DNA of 64,000 nucleotides from an uncultured Chloroflexia bacterium (GTDB taxonomy: Bacteria; Chloroflexota; Limnocylindria; Limnocylindrales; CSP1-4), in NCBI GenBank assembly GCA_963711105.1, contig CAVQCV010000005.1, forward strand, positions 833,092 to 897,091, written 5' to 3'. Every line of letters starts with the position of its first letter. The stretch's first letter is position 1. Below the pieces are notes generated by a model. That model was not told where the DNA came from and ran no database searches. It saw only the letters and a list, made by a program, of their open reading frames with translations. The position numbers were made by a program, and so were the translations under genes. Below, piece by piece: positions 19,084 to 28,512 of this stretch.

Positions 19084-20328
19084 TCAATCGTTGTAGAGGC
19101 GCTCCTCGATCAGCTTCTCCTGCACCGTCCGGCCGTTCGGGTCGAAGCAGGAGTACTCGAAGTGTTTCTCGAACTCCAGGTCCACGTTGTCCTGCCCGGC
19201 CCGGTTCTTCTCGATGCTAAGGACAACCCACTCGCGGAATTGCTGGGCCTGGTACGGGTTGAACTCGATGTTGACCTTGGCGACGATGTGGTACTTCTCG
19301 TTGATGATCAGGATGATGTCGGCCTCGTAGTTGATGGCCGACGAGCCCCGCAGGTGGTGGTTGCGGAGGCGCTGAGCCTTGAGGCCCTCCTTGTCCGCTG
19401 CCACGATCGAAATCATCGCCACCTGTTCCGACAGGGCGATGTCCTTGAGCCCGTTGACCACGAACGTGACCTTCTCGGACTCCGTAGTCGGCTCCGGGTA
19501 CATCGGCACCTTCTGCAGGTAGTCGACAACCACCATCAACCGCTTGTCGCCAGACAGGGCACGGTGCTGCTGCACCAGCTTGCGGATGTTCTCGACGGTG
19601 CTTGCGGTCTGAGAGCCGCGCATCAGGTACAGGCTCTGGCCGTAGCGAGCGATCCGGTCCAGGCTGGGGCGGAGCTTCTGGTTGGCGGTCAGGCCGCCGC
19701 CGCCCGCGCCTTCAGCCATCCACGAGGCCATGATTTCCTTGCGGACGTCCTGGAGCTTGACTGCGCCGGTCTTGGCGGGTAGATGGGCGAGCGCCGACTC
19801 GAGCGCCACCAGGCGGTTGACCAGGTACTGCTCTTCGTGCTCGAAGCAGATGTAGAGAACGTTCGCCTGGCCGCTGGAGGCCACGTTGCGGGACATCTGC
19901 AGGGCCATCGTCGTCTTGCCGGTGCCTTGAGCGCCGCCGATCAGAAGCAACTCACCGGCCCGCAGGCCGCCGCCGATGGTCTTGTCGAGCATGCCGAAGC
20001 CAAGGGGAATCGGCTGGTACTCCCCGTATCGGCCGTTGGCCATGTTGTCGTTGAGGTCGACGAGCACGTCCAGCGCCGAACGCGGCACCAGGCTGCCGTT
20101 GGGTGTGTCAAGTCGCCACGTCCGCTGCGGACGAGCGTCCTGCTCGGGCCGATCGGTCGCCGTCAAGTGAGCCTCCAGCCAGTTGTCGCCGCCTGCCTGG
20201 CGGCTTCTGCCTTCCCGCCCGCACTCGTCGGCGTTTGCCGGCGCCGCCGATCGCGGTTGCCCCGCTCCGCTGGTCGGAGCGGTGAACCTAGAGCTTGAGG
20301 CCCGCGGCCTCATCCCAAAATCGCGCAA
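19084..20328 (-). CDS. DnaB-helicase C-terminal-domain (RecA-fold) ATPase lacking a DnaB N-terminal domain; the true start is probably downstream of 20328 (e.g. ATG at 20043)
   Basis: The RecA-like core begins GFGMLDKTIGGGLRAGELLLIGGAQGTGKTTMALQM. It continues VVVDYLQKV, LKDIALSEQVAMISIVAADKEG, NYEADIILIINEKY, LSIEKNRAGQ. The ORF's 5' end overlaps M20 peptidase gene 20288..21691 by 41 nt. Confidence 0.6.
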   Translation of the reverse strand: MRDFGMRPRASSSRFTAPTSGAGQPRSAAPANADECGREGRSRQAGGDNWLEAHLTATDRPEQDARPQRTWRLDTPNGSLVPRSALDVLVDLNDNMANGRYGEYQPIPLGFGMLDKTIGGGLRAGELLLIGGAQGTGKTTMALQMSRNVASSGQANVLYICFEHEEQYLVNRLVALESALAHLPAKTGAVKLQDVRKEIMASWMAEGAGGGGLTANQKLRPSLDRIARYGQSLYLMRGSQTASTVENIRKLVQQHRALSGDKRLMVVVDYLQKVPMYPEPTTESEKVTFVVNGLKDIALSEQVAMISIVAADKEGLKAQRLRNHHLRGSSAINYEADIILIINEKYHIVAKVNIEFNPYQAQQFREWVVLSIEKNRAGQDNVDLEFEKHFEYSCFDPNGRTVQEKLIEERLYND

Positions 20329-21691
20329 TGGTCCTAATCCCGGTCTCGAAGTTGGACATCCACATCCACTCGTTGGGGGCGTGGAAGTTGCCGTCCGCCG
20401 GCGCGAAGCCGAGCAGGACGACCTGCAGGCCCAGGATCGTCTCGAAGCTGGCGCATACCGGCACCGATCCGCCCTCGCGGATGTACAGCGGCGCGGCGCC
20501 GAACGTCGCCTCGATGGCCCTCGCGGCGGCGCGAGTGGGCGGATAGTCGATCGGCGTCAAGCTGGGCCGCCCGTCGCCGAGCCGCTTGATGTCGTAGCGG
20601 ATCGATTTCGGCGCGACCTCGGCGATGTAGGCCGAGACCAGCTCGAAGATGCGCTCCGGGTCCTGGTTGGACACCAGCCGGCAGCTGATCTTGGCGTGCG
20701 CGTGGGCAGGGATGATGGTCTTGGCGCCCTCGCCCTCGAAGCCGCCCCAGATGCCGTTGACGTCGAGCGTCGGCCGGGCCCCCAGCTGCTCCAGGATGGT
20801 GAAGCCGCCCTCGCCCATGAACGCCGGGACGCCGATGCCCTTGCGGTACGCCTCCTGATCGAACGGCAGATCCGCCAGGGACTGCCGGTCGAGTTCGCTC
20901 AACTCGACGACGTCGTCGTAGAAGCCCGGCACCTGGATGCGGCCGTCGGGCGACTTGAGGGCCGAGACGATGTGGCAGAGGGCGTTGATCGGGTTGTCCA
21001 CCGCACCGCCGTACACGCCCGAGTGAAGGTCGATGTGGCTCCCGAACACGTCGAGCTGGATGTACATCAGCCCGCGCAGGGCGACCGTGAGGGCCGGCAC
21101 GTTGCCCTCGAAGAAGCTGGTGTCGGAGATGACCGCGAAGTCGGCCGCCAGACGCTCCTTGTTCGCCGTGAGCCAGCCGTCGAGGTGGACCGAGCTCGAT
21201 TCCTCTTCACCCTCGATCACGAACTTGAGGTTCACCGGCAGCGACTTGCGGGTGGCCAGGAGAGCCTCTACGGCCCGCGTGTGCATCGCGACGTGGCACT
21301 TGCAGTCGGACGAGCCGCGGGCCAGCATCTTGCCGTCCTTGACCACCGGCACGAAGGGTGGCGAATCCCACAGCTCCTCGGGGTCGGCCGGCTGGACGTC
21401 GTAGTGGGCGTATACCAGGACGGTGGGCTTGCCGTCGGCATGGAGCCAGTCCGCGTAAACGACGGGGTGGCCGCCCGTCTCGCTGACTTCGACGTGCTCC
21501 AGGCCCGCCTTCGTCAGATCCGCGGCGATGAACTCGGCCGCCGCCCGGCAGTCCGGGGCGTGGGCCGGAATGCCGGAGATGCTTGGAATCCGCAGCAGTT
21601 CCTTGTATCTGTCCAGGCGCCGGTCCGCGGAGTTGTCCAGGAATCGCTCGAAAGCGTCGTCGTGGACTGAACCAGTCGCTGCGTCGGCCAT
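20288..21691 (-). CDS. M20-family metallopeptidase/dipeptidase
   Basis: Metal-binding motifs AHYDVQPAD, GSSDCKC and EGEEESSS are present. A dimerisation domain and a C-terminal HAPNEW follow. Confidence 0.85.
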   Translation of the reverse strand: MADAATGSVHDDAFERFLDNSADRRLDRYKELLRIPSISGIPAHAPDCRAAAEFIAADLTKAGLEHVEVSETGGHPVVYADWLHADGKPTVLVYAHYDVQPADPEELWDSPPFVPVVKDGKMLARGSSDCKCHVAMHTRAVEALLATRKSLPVNLKFVIEGEEESSSVHLDGWLTANKERLAADFAVISDTSFFEGNVPALTVALRGLMYIQLDVFGSHIDLHSGVYGGAVDNPINALCHIVSALKSPDGRIQVPGFYDDVVELSELDRQSLADLPFDQEAYRKGIGVPAFMGEGGFTILEQLGARPTLDVNGIWGGFEGEGAKTIIPAHAHAKISCRLVSNQDPERIFELVSAYIAEVAPKSIRYDIKRLGDGRPSLTPIDYPPTRAAARAIEATFGAAPLYIREGGSVPVCASFETILGLQVVLLGFAPADGNFHAPNEWMWMSNFETGIRTIARFWDEAAGLKL

Positions 21692-21838
21692 TGGGGGCTC
21701 TCCCTCTGCAGAGGTGGCGGCTCGATCCGGTTACGGGCTACTCGGATTCTACCCGGCCCGGTTCGAGGCTCGATTCCGGCAAGAATCAGACCGGGCGGCA
21801 TCGCTGCCGCCCGGTTGTTGCGATCGTCCGATCCGGCC

Positions 21839-23788
21839 TCAGGATGGGCTCGGGTTGGGGCTGGGAGTCGTCGTGGGTGAGGGGCCGCTCGATCCGGCCG
21901 AGCCGGCATTGGCCGGCGCTGGGGTCCACGGCCTGGGAGCGATCCCGTGGAGGTTCTCCTTGGGCGGCAGGTCCGAGAAGATCTTCTCGAACTCTTCCGT
22001 CTCGACCGTCTCCTCGGCGATGAGCTTGTCGGCCAGAGCCAGGAGGCGATCCTGGTTCTCGGTCAACACCATCGTGGCCCGCTTGTAGCCGTTCTCCATG
22101 AACGCCCGGACTTCTTCGTCGATCATTCTCGCCACGTCGTCCGAGTAGTTGCGCTGCTCGCCGATCTCGCGACCCAGGAAGACCATCTCGTCGCGCTTGC
22201 CGAAGGCGAGCGGCCCGAGCTTGTCGCTCATGCCCCACTCCGTGACCATCCGGCGCGCCAGATCCGTGGCCTTCTCGATGTCGTTGCTGGCACCGGTCGT
22301 GGTGTCGCCGAAGATCAGCTTCTCGGCCGCGTTGCCGCCGAGAAGGCCGGCGATCTTGTCCTCGAACTCGGTCTTTGACTGCAAGTAGCGATCCTCGACG
22401 GGCAGGGCCATGGTGTAGCCCAGAGCCATACCGCGGCTGATGATCGTGACCTTGCTGACCGGGTCGCACTTGGGCAGGATCCGCTGCACGACCGCGTGGC
22501 CGCCTTCATGGATGGCGATGATCCGCTTCTCGGCGTCCGAGATGATGCGGCTCCTGCGCTCCGGTCCGGCGACGATGCGCTCGATCGATTCGGTGAAGTC
22601 GGTCATGCCGATCGACTTTCGATTGCGCCGCGCCGCCAGGATGGCGGCCTCGTTGACTAGGTTGGCCAGGTCGGCGCCCGAGAAGCCGGGCGTCTGGCGG
22701 GCCAGGTTCTCGACGTCGACGGACTTGTCCAGCGGCTTGCCCTTGGTGTGCACCTTGAGGATGGCCACGCGTCCGCGGAGGTCCGGTCGGTCGAGGATGA
22801 CCTGCCGGTCGAAACGGCCCGGTCGAAGCAGCGCCGGGTCCAGGACGTCGGGCCGGTTGGTGGCGGCGACGACGATCACGTTGGTGTTCGTGTCGAAGCC
22901 GTCCATCTCGACAAGGATCTGATTGAGGGTTTGCTCGCGCTCGTCGTGAGAGCCGCCCAGGCCGGCGCCGCGCTGGCGCCCGACGGCATCGATCTCGTCC
23001 ACGAACACGATGCAGGGCGAGTTGCGCTTGGCCTGATCGAACAGGTCACGAACGCGGCTGGCACCGACGCCCACGAACATCTCGACGAACTCGGAGCCCG
23101 AGATCGAGAAGAACGGCACTCCGGCCTCACCGGCCACGGCCCGCGCGAGCAGGGTCTTGCCGGTTCCCGGAGGTCCGACGAGCAGCACGCCGCGCGGGAT
23201 GCGCGCGCCCAGGCTGTTGAACTTCTCCGGATATTTCAGGAACTCGACGACTTCCTGCAAGTCCGTTTTGGCTTCGTCGACCCCGGCGACATCGGCGAAT
23301 GTGACAACCGTCTTGTTGCCCAGGAACATCCGGGCCCGGCTCTTGCCGAAGCTCATGGCCTGATTGTTGGTGCCCTGCGCCTGGCGCATGAAGAAGACGA
23401 TGAAGAGCACGATTACGAAGATCGGCAGCATCGTCGTGATCAGGATGGCGATCCAGCCGGTATCCGCCGGCTTCTTGACCGAATACGACGGCCACTGGCT
23501 GGGATCGGACTTGCCGGCGTCCTTGAGCCAGGACTCGATCGTTGCCCACTCGCCCACCAGGGGCGCGTCAGACTCGACCGTGTACGTGTCGTTGTTTCTC
23601 GTCGTGACTGTAAGCGTCGTGTCGTCGCGAACGATCTTGGTCACGTTGCCCGATGTCACGTCCTGCTGGAAGTAGGAGTAATCCTTGGACCCCGGGCTGG
23701 TCGGCTGGATCAGGATGTAGAGCAGGACGACGGTGGCAGCAACGAGAACGAACATGACGATCCCGTTGCGCAGAAAACCTCTGTTCAC
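21839..23788 (-). CDS. ftsH: ATP-dependent zinc metalloprotease FtsH
   Basis: Two N-terminal TM helices flank a periplasmic loop. The AAA module has [33 protein letters not shown] and the SRH. The protease motif is HEGGHAV. A C-terminal P/S-rich tail follows. Confidence 0.95.
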   Translation of the reverse strand: MNRGFLRNGIVMFVLVAATVVLLYILIQPTSPGSKDYSYFQQDVTSGNVTKIVRDDTTLTVTTRNNDTYTVESDAPLVGEWATIESWLKDAGKSDPSQWPSYSVKKPADTGWIAILITTMLPIFVIVLFIVFFMRQAQGTNNQAMSFGKSRARMFLGNKTVVTFADVAGVDEAKTDLQEVVEFLKYPEKFNSLGARIPRGVLLVGPPGTGKTLLARAVAGEAGVPFFSISGSEFVEMFVGVGASRVRDLFDQAKRNSPCIVFVDEIDAVGRQRGAGLGGSHDEREQTLNQILVEMDGFDTNTNVIVVAATNRPDVLDPALLRPGRFDRQVILDRPDLRGRVAILKVHTKGKPLDKSVDVENLARQTPGFSGADLANLVNEAAILAARRNRKSIGMTDFTESIERIVAGPERRSRIISDAEKRIIAIHEGGHAVVQRILPKCDPVSKVTIISRGMALGYTMALPVEDRYLQSKTEFEDKIAGLLGGNAAEKLIFGDTTTGASNDIEKATDLARRMVTEWGMSDKLGPLAFGKRDEMVFLGREIGEQRNYSDDVARMIDEEVRAFMENGYKRATMVLTENQDRLLALADKLIAEETVETEEFEKIFSDLPPKENLHGIAPRPWTPAPANAGSAGSSGPSPTTTPSPNPSPS

Positions 23789-24034
23789 AGGCTATGGAGC
23801 CTCCGGATGGTGGAGCGGCCGGGTCGTGCCGGTCGGTTGAGGCAGTATACGCCCCGGAACTTGACCGCCCTTTCGGGCGGCCCGGACGGGCGGCTGGCCG
23901 CCTGACCGGTCGCAGGCCATGCGACGAGGCCGGTACGACGGTGACTCGCGACCCGCCTCGAACGTTCGCCAGAGACGTGATTGAACCCGTCTTGTCGCGC
24001 CGCGCGGACCGATCCACGCACCCGCCGAGGATGC

Positions 24035-24058
24035 AACGACCCGGGCGGCGGAGCCCGG
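24035..24058 (-). terminator. Perfect 9-bp stem hairpin 18 nt downstream of the tRNA 3' end
   Basis: The sequence gacccgggc-ggcgga-gcccgggtc lies between the tRNA and the ftsH upstream region. Confidence 0.35.
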
Positions 24059-24075
24059 GTCGTGGATCGAGACGA

Positions 24076-24150
24076 TGGTAGCGGAGACTGGATTTGAACC
24101 AGTGACCAAGGGCTTATGAGTCCCCTGCTCTACCACTGAGCTACTCCGCC
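24076..24150 (-). tRNA. tRNA-Met (anticodon CAU); tRNA-Ile2(LAU) cannot be excluded from sequence alone
   Basis: The minus-strand sequence is GGCGGAGTAGCTCAGTGGTAGAGCAGGGGACTCATAAGCCCTTGGTCACTGGTTCAAATCCAGTCTCCGCTACCA. It has a 7-bp acceptor stem, a GTTCAAATC T-loop, a CTCATAA anticodon loop and an encoded CCA. Confidence 0.85.
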
Positions 24151-24309
24151 GTGGCGCGGCGGTAGTGTAGCGGATGATCGCCAGGCCGGTCGAGGTCGCG
24201 TCGTGCCGTCGCTCGCCCGGCCATCACCCGACGCGACCTCTCAATTCGCGGACGGCGTCGCGACGTGGCCACCGTTCGAGGAGCGGCTTCGAGGCTCCGG
24301 TCAGGTCCG

Positions 24310-24765
24310 TCAGTTTGACCCGAAGAGCACCTTGAGCCAGGCGTCGAGCGGGCTTTCTGGCACCTGCGAATGCTCGGCCGTGATCCCCATCGAGCCCGGC
24401 GCGTCTGACGGCAGCGGCGACGCGCCTTCGTCGACGGCGAACGGTATCTCTCCCGGCTGGCCGAGCAGATAGCCGCGAGCGGTCGAGTCGGTGAACCCGG
24501 GCTTCTGAATCAGGTCCAGCTCGTCCTGGAGACCCTGGATTTCGCGCACGACACTGGCGTTGCGGGCCCGCAGCGCGTCGGCCTGGTCGGCTGCCGTGGC
24601 GGCGTCCCCCACCTGCTTGGCAAAGACGCCGATGAGCCACAGACAGACAAGCGCCGCGAAGATGGCCGCCAGCCGGCCGCGGGTGAGTCCGAGGGAAGGC
24701 CGAGCGACGATCGAGGCCTTCGCCTCCTGCTCCGCGGTGGGGTCTATCTCATTGCGTCGCATTTC
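24310..24765 (-). CDS. FtsB/DivIC-like septum formation initiator family protein (start probably the internal Met at 24765)
   Basis: A single TM (LAAIFAALVCLWLIGVF) is followed by a coiled coil (ADALRARNASVVREIQGLQDELDL) and the conserved DSTARGYLLGQPGEIPF. Confidence 0.7.
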   Translation of the reverse strand, partial: EMRRNEIDPTAEQEAKASIVARPSLGLTRGRLAAIFAALVCLWLIGVFAKQVGDAATAADQADALRARNASVVREIQGLQDELDLIQKPGFTDSTARGYLLGQPGEIPFAVDEGASPLPSDAPGSMGITAEHSQVPESPLDAWLKVLFGSN

Positions 24766-24871
24766 AGAGATCGTAGCTGTGCGCAGCTGACATGTCAAAC
24801 GACTTTCACTCTTGAAACGTGCTGCTAGACTGTCCGCACCAATAGCACGTCCGTTCGGTTTGAGGTCGGTC

Positions 24872-27187
24872 ATGCGCTACTACGAACCAGCCGGCGTGGA
24901 CAGGGTGCTGGGCCGGATGCTCGATGATCCATCGCTCGCCGGGAGCGTCGTTCACCAGGCCCTGATTCCGGCTCGAGAAGCCGACTTCGTGCCCATGCCG
25001 GAATGGCTGGACCCCGGCATCGTGGCCGGTCTGGCCAGCCGCGGTATCGCCCGCCTGTACAGCCACCAGGCCGAGGCCCTCGAAGAGGTGCGGGCCGGCG
25101 AGGACGTGGTGGTCGTGACGCCCACCGCCTCGGGCAAGACGCTGTGCTACCTGCTGCCCACCCTCCAGGCGCTGGCGGAGGACCCTACCGCCCGGGCACT
25201 GTACCTGTTCCCCACCAAGGCCCTCGGGCAGGACCAGGTCGCGGAGCTGGGCGAGATGAGCCGCGCCTCCGGACTCCAGATAAACGCCTCCACGTACGAC
25301 GGCGATACGCCGAATCCGATCCGCTCCGCCATCCGATCGGCCGGGCAGGTGGTGGTCACGAACCCGGACATGCTCCACTCGGCCATCCTGCCTCACCACA
25401 CCAAGTGGTTCCAGCTGTTCGAGCAACTCCAGGTCATCGTCATCGACGAGCTGCACACCTATCGGGGCCTGTTCGGCAGCCACGTCGCCAACGTGCTCCG
25501 GCGGTTGCTGCGGATCTGCGCCCATTACGGATCGCATCCCGTGATCGTGTGCTGCTCGGCCACGATCGGAAACCCGGCCGAACTGGCGGCCGCGCTGACC
25601 GGGCGCCAACCCCGACTCATCGACCGCAACGGGGCACCGTCGGGCGAGCGGAACCTGCTGCTGGTCAGGCCGCCTCTTCTTGATCCGGCCACGGGCGCTC
25701 GAGGCTCGGCGTTGACGCTCGCGACCCGCTGGGCCCTGCCGTTCCTGCGGGCCGGTCGCCAGACACTCGTCTTCGGCAAGAGCCGGGTCGGCGTCGAGCT
25801 GATGCTCACCACCCTGCGCGAGTCTCTCCGCCTCGGATATGGGCCCCGAACCCAGATACGCGGCTATCGCGGCGGATATTTGCCGACTGAGCGCCGGGCC
25901 GTCGAGCAGGGCCTGCGGAGCGGCGAGATTCTGGGCGTCGTCAGCACCAACGCCCTGGAGCTGGGCGTGGACATCGGCCAGCTGGACGTGGCCATCCTGG
26001 CCGGCTATCCGGGCTCCATCGCGGCCACCTGGCAGCAAATCGGGCGGGCCGGCCGCCGCCAGAGTTCGAGCGTGGCCGTCCTGATTGCGGGCGGGGGGCC
26101 GGTGGACCGGTACGTGATCGAGCACCCGGAGTTCCTGCTCGAGTCGCCGCCCGAGGAGGCGCGCCTGGACCCGGACAACCTCCACATCCTGCTGGCCCAC
26201 CTCAAGGCCGCCGTCTTCGAGATGCCGTTCGAGCCGGGCGAGCGGTTCGGGCCGGCCGAGGCCGCTCCCCTGCTGGCGTTCCTCGCCGAAGAGGGCCTGG
26301 TGCGCCATGCCGCCGACGATCGCTGGTACTGGTCCAACGAGAACTTCCCGGCCTCGTCCGTGTCGCTCCGCGCGGCCGCCCGGGAGAACGTTGTGATCAT
26401 CGACACGACACCGGCGCGCCCGCGAGTGATCGGCGAGATAGACATTTTCGCGGCCCAGACCCTGGTCCACGAGGACGCCATCTACATCCACGAGTCCACT
26501 CAGTACCACGTGGACAAGCTCGACTGGGACGAGCGCAAGGCCTACGTGAACAGAGTGGACGTGGACCACTACACCTACGCGGACCGGGCGGTCACCCTGA
26601 AGCCCCTCGAGGAATTCGACGCCGCACCGGCGGTGGGCGGGACGCGCAGCCACGGCGAGGTGATGGTTTCGAGCCTGGTCAGCATGTTCAAGAAGCTCAA
26701 GTTCGGAACGGACGAGAACCTGGGCTGGGGTCCGGTCCACCTGCCCGAGCTGGAACTGCAGACCACGGCCTACTGGCTCACGGCCGGGGCGGCCGTGGAG
26801 GGCTGGCGCCGGGCCGATCTGGACGTCGCCCTGATAGGCGTGGGCCGGGCGATGCAGGCGGTTGCGGCCGTGCTCCTGATGGTCGATCCACGCGACCTCG
26901 GCCTTGTGAGCCAGGTCCGTTCGCCCCACAGCCAGGCCCCGACGATCTACCTGTACGAGTCCGTGCCGGGTGGCGTCGGCCTGTCCGAGCGGCTGTTCGA
27001 ACGCCACGCGGAATTGCTTGCGGGCGCGGCGGAGCTCATCGGCGGCTGCGAATGCGAAAGCGGCTGCCCCGCGTGCACCGGGCCTCGACTCGAGCCGGAC
27101 GTGGACGCCAAGGATCTGGCGGTGCGCCTGCTGCGCGTACTGGCGGAACCGGAGAGCGCTCCCGCCAGGCCCGGAGCCGCCGCATGA
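24872..27187 (+). CDS. mrfA: DEAD/DEAH-box helicase with C-terminal DUF1998 Zn-binding domain (MrfA-like)
   Basis: Helicase motifs VVVVTPTASGKTLCYLLP, DELH, SAT and QIGRAGRR are present. The C-terminal GGCECESGCPACTG four-Cys cluster is typical of DUF1998. The likely start is ATG 24872, preceded by gaggtcgg. Confidence 0.8.
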   Translation: MRYYEPAGVDRVLGRMLDDPSLAGSVVHQALIPAREADFVPMPEWLDPGIVAGLASRGIARLYSHQAEALEEVRAGEDVVVVTPTASGKTLCYLLPTLQALAEDPTARALYLFPTKALGQDQVAELGEMSRASGLQINASTYDGDTPNPIRSAIRSAGQVVVTNPDMLHSAILPHHTKWFQLFEQLQVIVIDELHTYRGLFGSHVANVLRRLLRICAHYGSHPVIVCCSATIGNPAELAAALTGRQPRLIDRNGAPSGERNLLLVRPPLLDPATGARGSALTLATRWALPFLRAGRQTLVFGKSRVGVELMLTTLRESLRLGYGPRTQIRGYRGGYLPTERRAVEQGLRSGEILGVVSTNALELGVDIGQLDVAILAGYPGSIAATWQQIGRAGRRQSSSVAVLIAGGGPVDRYVIEHPEFLLESPPEEARLDPDNLHILLAHLKAAVFEMPFEPGERFGPAEAAPLLAFLAEEGLVRHAADDRWYWSNENFPASSVSLRAAARENVVIIDTTPARPRVIGEIDIFAAQTLVHEDAIYIHESTQYHVDKLDWDERKAYVNRVDVDHYTYADRAVTLKPLEEFDAAPAVGGTRSHGEVMVSSLVSMFKKLKFGTDENLGWGPVHLPELELQTTAYWLTAGAAVEGWRRADLDVALIGVGRAMQAVAAVLLMVDPRDLGLVSQVRSPHSQAPTIYLYESVPGGVGLSERLFERHAELLAGAAELIGGCECESGCPACTGPRLEPDVDAKDLAVRLLRVLAEPESAPARPGAAA

Positions 27188-28512
27188 GCCTCGATCAGGC
27201 CCGGCTGCGGCGGCGCCTGGACGACCTGCGCCGCGAACGGACCGTCGCCTTCGCTCGGGCCGAGCTGGCCGGCGAATCGGACCCGGAGATACGGCGTCTC
27301 ATCGCGTCCGTGGTCGCCGCGGCCGATGTCGCACCGCCCCGTCCGGTCTGGCGGGATACGCCGCCCGCGGATCCGGAGTCGATGGCCCGACGCCTGGCCG
27401 AAGGGCTGGACGCGGACGCCGTCGAGACGCCCCGCGGCTGGTACGTCAGGCGCGAGCTTCGGCCCGTCTACCTTCCGATCGACCGGGAGCGACTGGCCGG
27501 CCTGCCCGGCATGGCGCCCGCGGGCGCTCCCCTGCTCTGCCTGGATACCGAAACGACCGGCCTCGGCAGCGCGGCCGGAACGGTGGCCTTCCTGATCGGG
27601 CTGGCCCGCTGGGACGGCGACCGGCTGCGGCTCTTCCAGCTCCTGCTGCCGGACCACTCCGAAGAAGGCGCTCTCATGGATGCCCTGGCCGCCGAGACGC
27701 CACCGAACGCCTGGCTGGTCACGTACAACGGCCGAACGTTCGACTGGCCGCTGCTGGACACGCGCTTCCGGATGAACCGTAGCCGGCCGCCCGCCCTGGA
27801 CGGTCACCTGGACCTGCTGCCGCTCGTGCGCCGGCTCTTCCGACACCGCCTCCCTGACGCTCGTCTCCAGACAGTTGAGAAGCATTTGCTACGGCGCCAC
27901 CGGGCCCCGGACATCCCCGCTTCGGAGATCCCGGCGGTCTACTACTCGTTTCTGCGCGGCGGCCCGGTCGGGCCCATCCGTGTCGTGGCCCGCCACAACG
28001 CCGAGGACGTGGTGACCCTGGGCCGCCTCCTCGCCCATCTCGAACGCGGCTACGGTGAAGGAGAGGTACGCCGCTGGGCCCACAAGGGCGATCTCGTGAG
28101 GCTGGCCCGGCTCTTCCGCCACGAGGGCCGGGTCGACGAGGCGGTCGAGTGCCTGGAGCTGGCCGGCGCGCACGTCGACGGCGGCGATCCGGATGGGGCC
28201 CTGGCCACGGTCGAGCTGGCGCGGCTGCTGCGACGAGAAGGCCGAACGGCGGAGGCCGGCGTGGCCTGGAGTCGCCTCGTGACGGCGCCCGGGCCGCTTG
28301 CGGCGCTCGGCTGGATCGAGTTGGCCAAGGAGCGCGAGCACCGGGAGCGCAACCTCGAAGCGGCCTGGGAGGCGACAGACCAGGCGCTCATGGCTCTGTA
28401 TCGGAGCCGCGGCAACGGCAATGCCATGCTCCGCCGCTCACTGGAGCAGGACGTTGGCGTCCGCAGAACACGTCTGGCGCGACGGCTGGAACGAGCCAGG
28501 GCCGCCGGCTAG
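27184..28512 (+). CDS. mrfB: DnaQ-like (DEDD) 3'-5' exonuclease with C-terminal TPR-like region (MrfB-like)
   Basis: The start ATG overlaps the mrfA-like stop (ATGA). The Exo I motif is LLCLDTETTGL. YNGRTFDWPLL and a downstream H-x4-D follow. The C-terminus is helical-repeat. Confidence 0.7.
   Translation: MSLDQARLRRRLDDLRRERTVAFARAELAGESDPEIRRLIASVVAAADVAPPRPVWRDTPPADPESMARRLAEGLDADAVETPRGWYVRRELRPVYLPIDRERLAGLPGMAPAGAPLLCLDTETTGLGSAAGTVAFLIGLARWDGDRLRLFQLLLPDHSEEGALMDALAAETPPNAWLVTYNGRTFDWPLLDTRFRMNRSRPPALDGHLDLLPLVRRLFRHRLPDARLQTVEKHLLRRHRAPDIPASEIPAVYYSFLRGGPVGPIRVVARHNAEDVVTLGRLLAHLERGYGEGEVRRWAHKGDLVRLARLFRHEGRVDEAVECLELAGAHVDGGDPDGALATVELARLLRREGRTAEAGVAWSRLVTAPGPLAALGWIELAKEREHRERNLEAAWEATDQALMALYRSRGNGNAMLRRSLEQDVGVRRTRLARRLERARAAG

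Noticed and set aside
19084-20328. Interpretation of the DnaB-like gene as the replicative helicase dnaB
   Set aside because: It is too short and lacks the DnaB N-terminal domain. It is not flanked by rplI/ssb-type replication neighbours. It is treated as a DnaB_C-domain paralog of unknown role.
24806-27007. 733-aa minus-strand ORF antisense to the MrfA-like helicase
   Set aside because: It has no helicase or other motifs. The plus-strand product has a full SF2 motif set.
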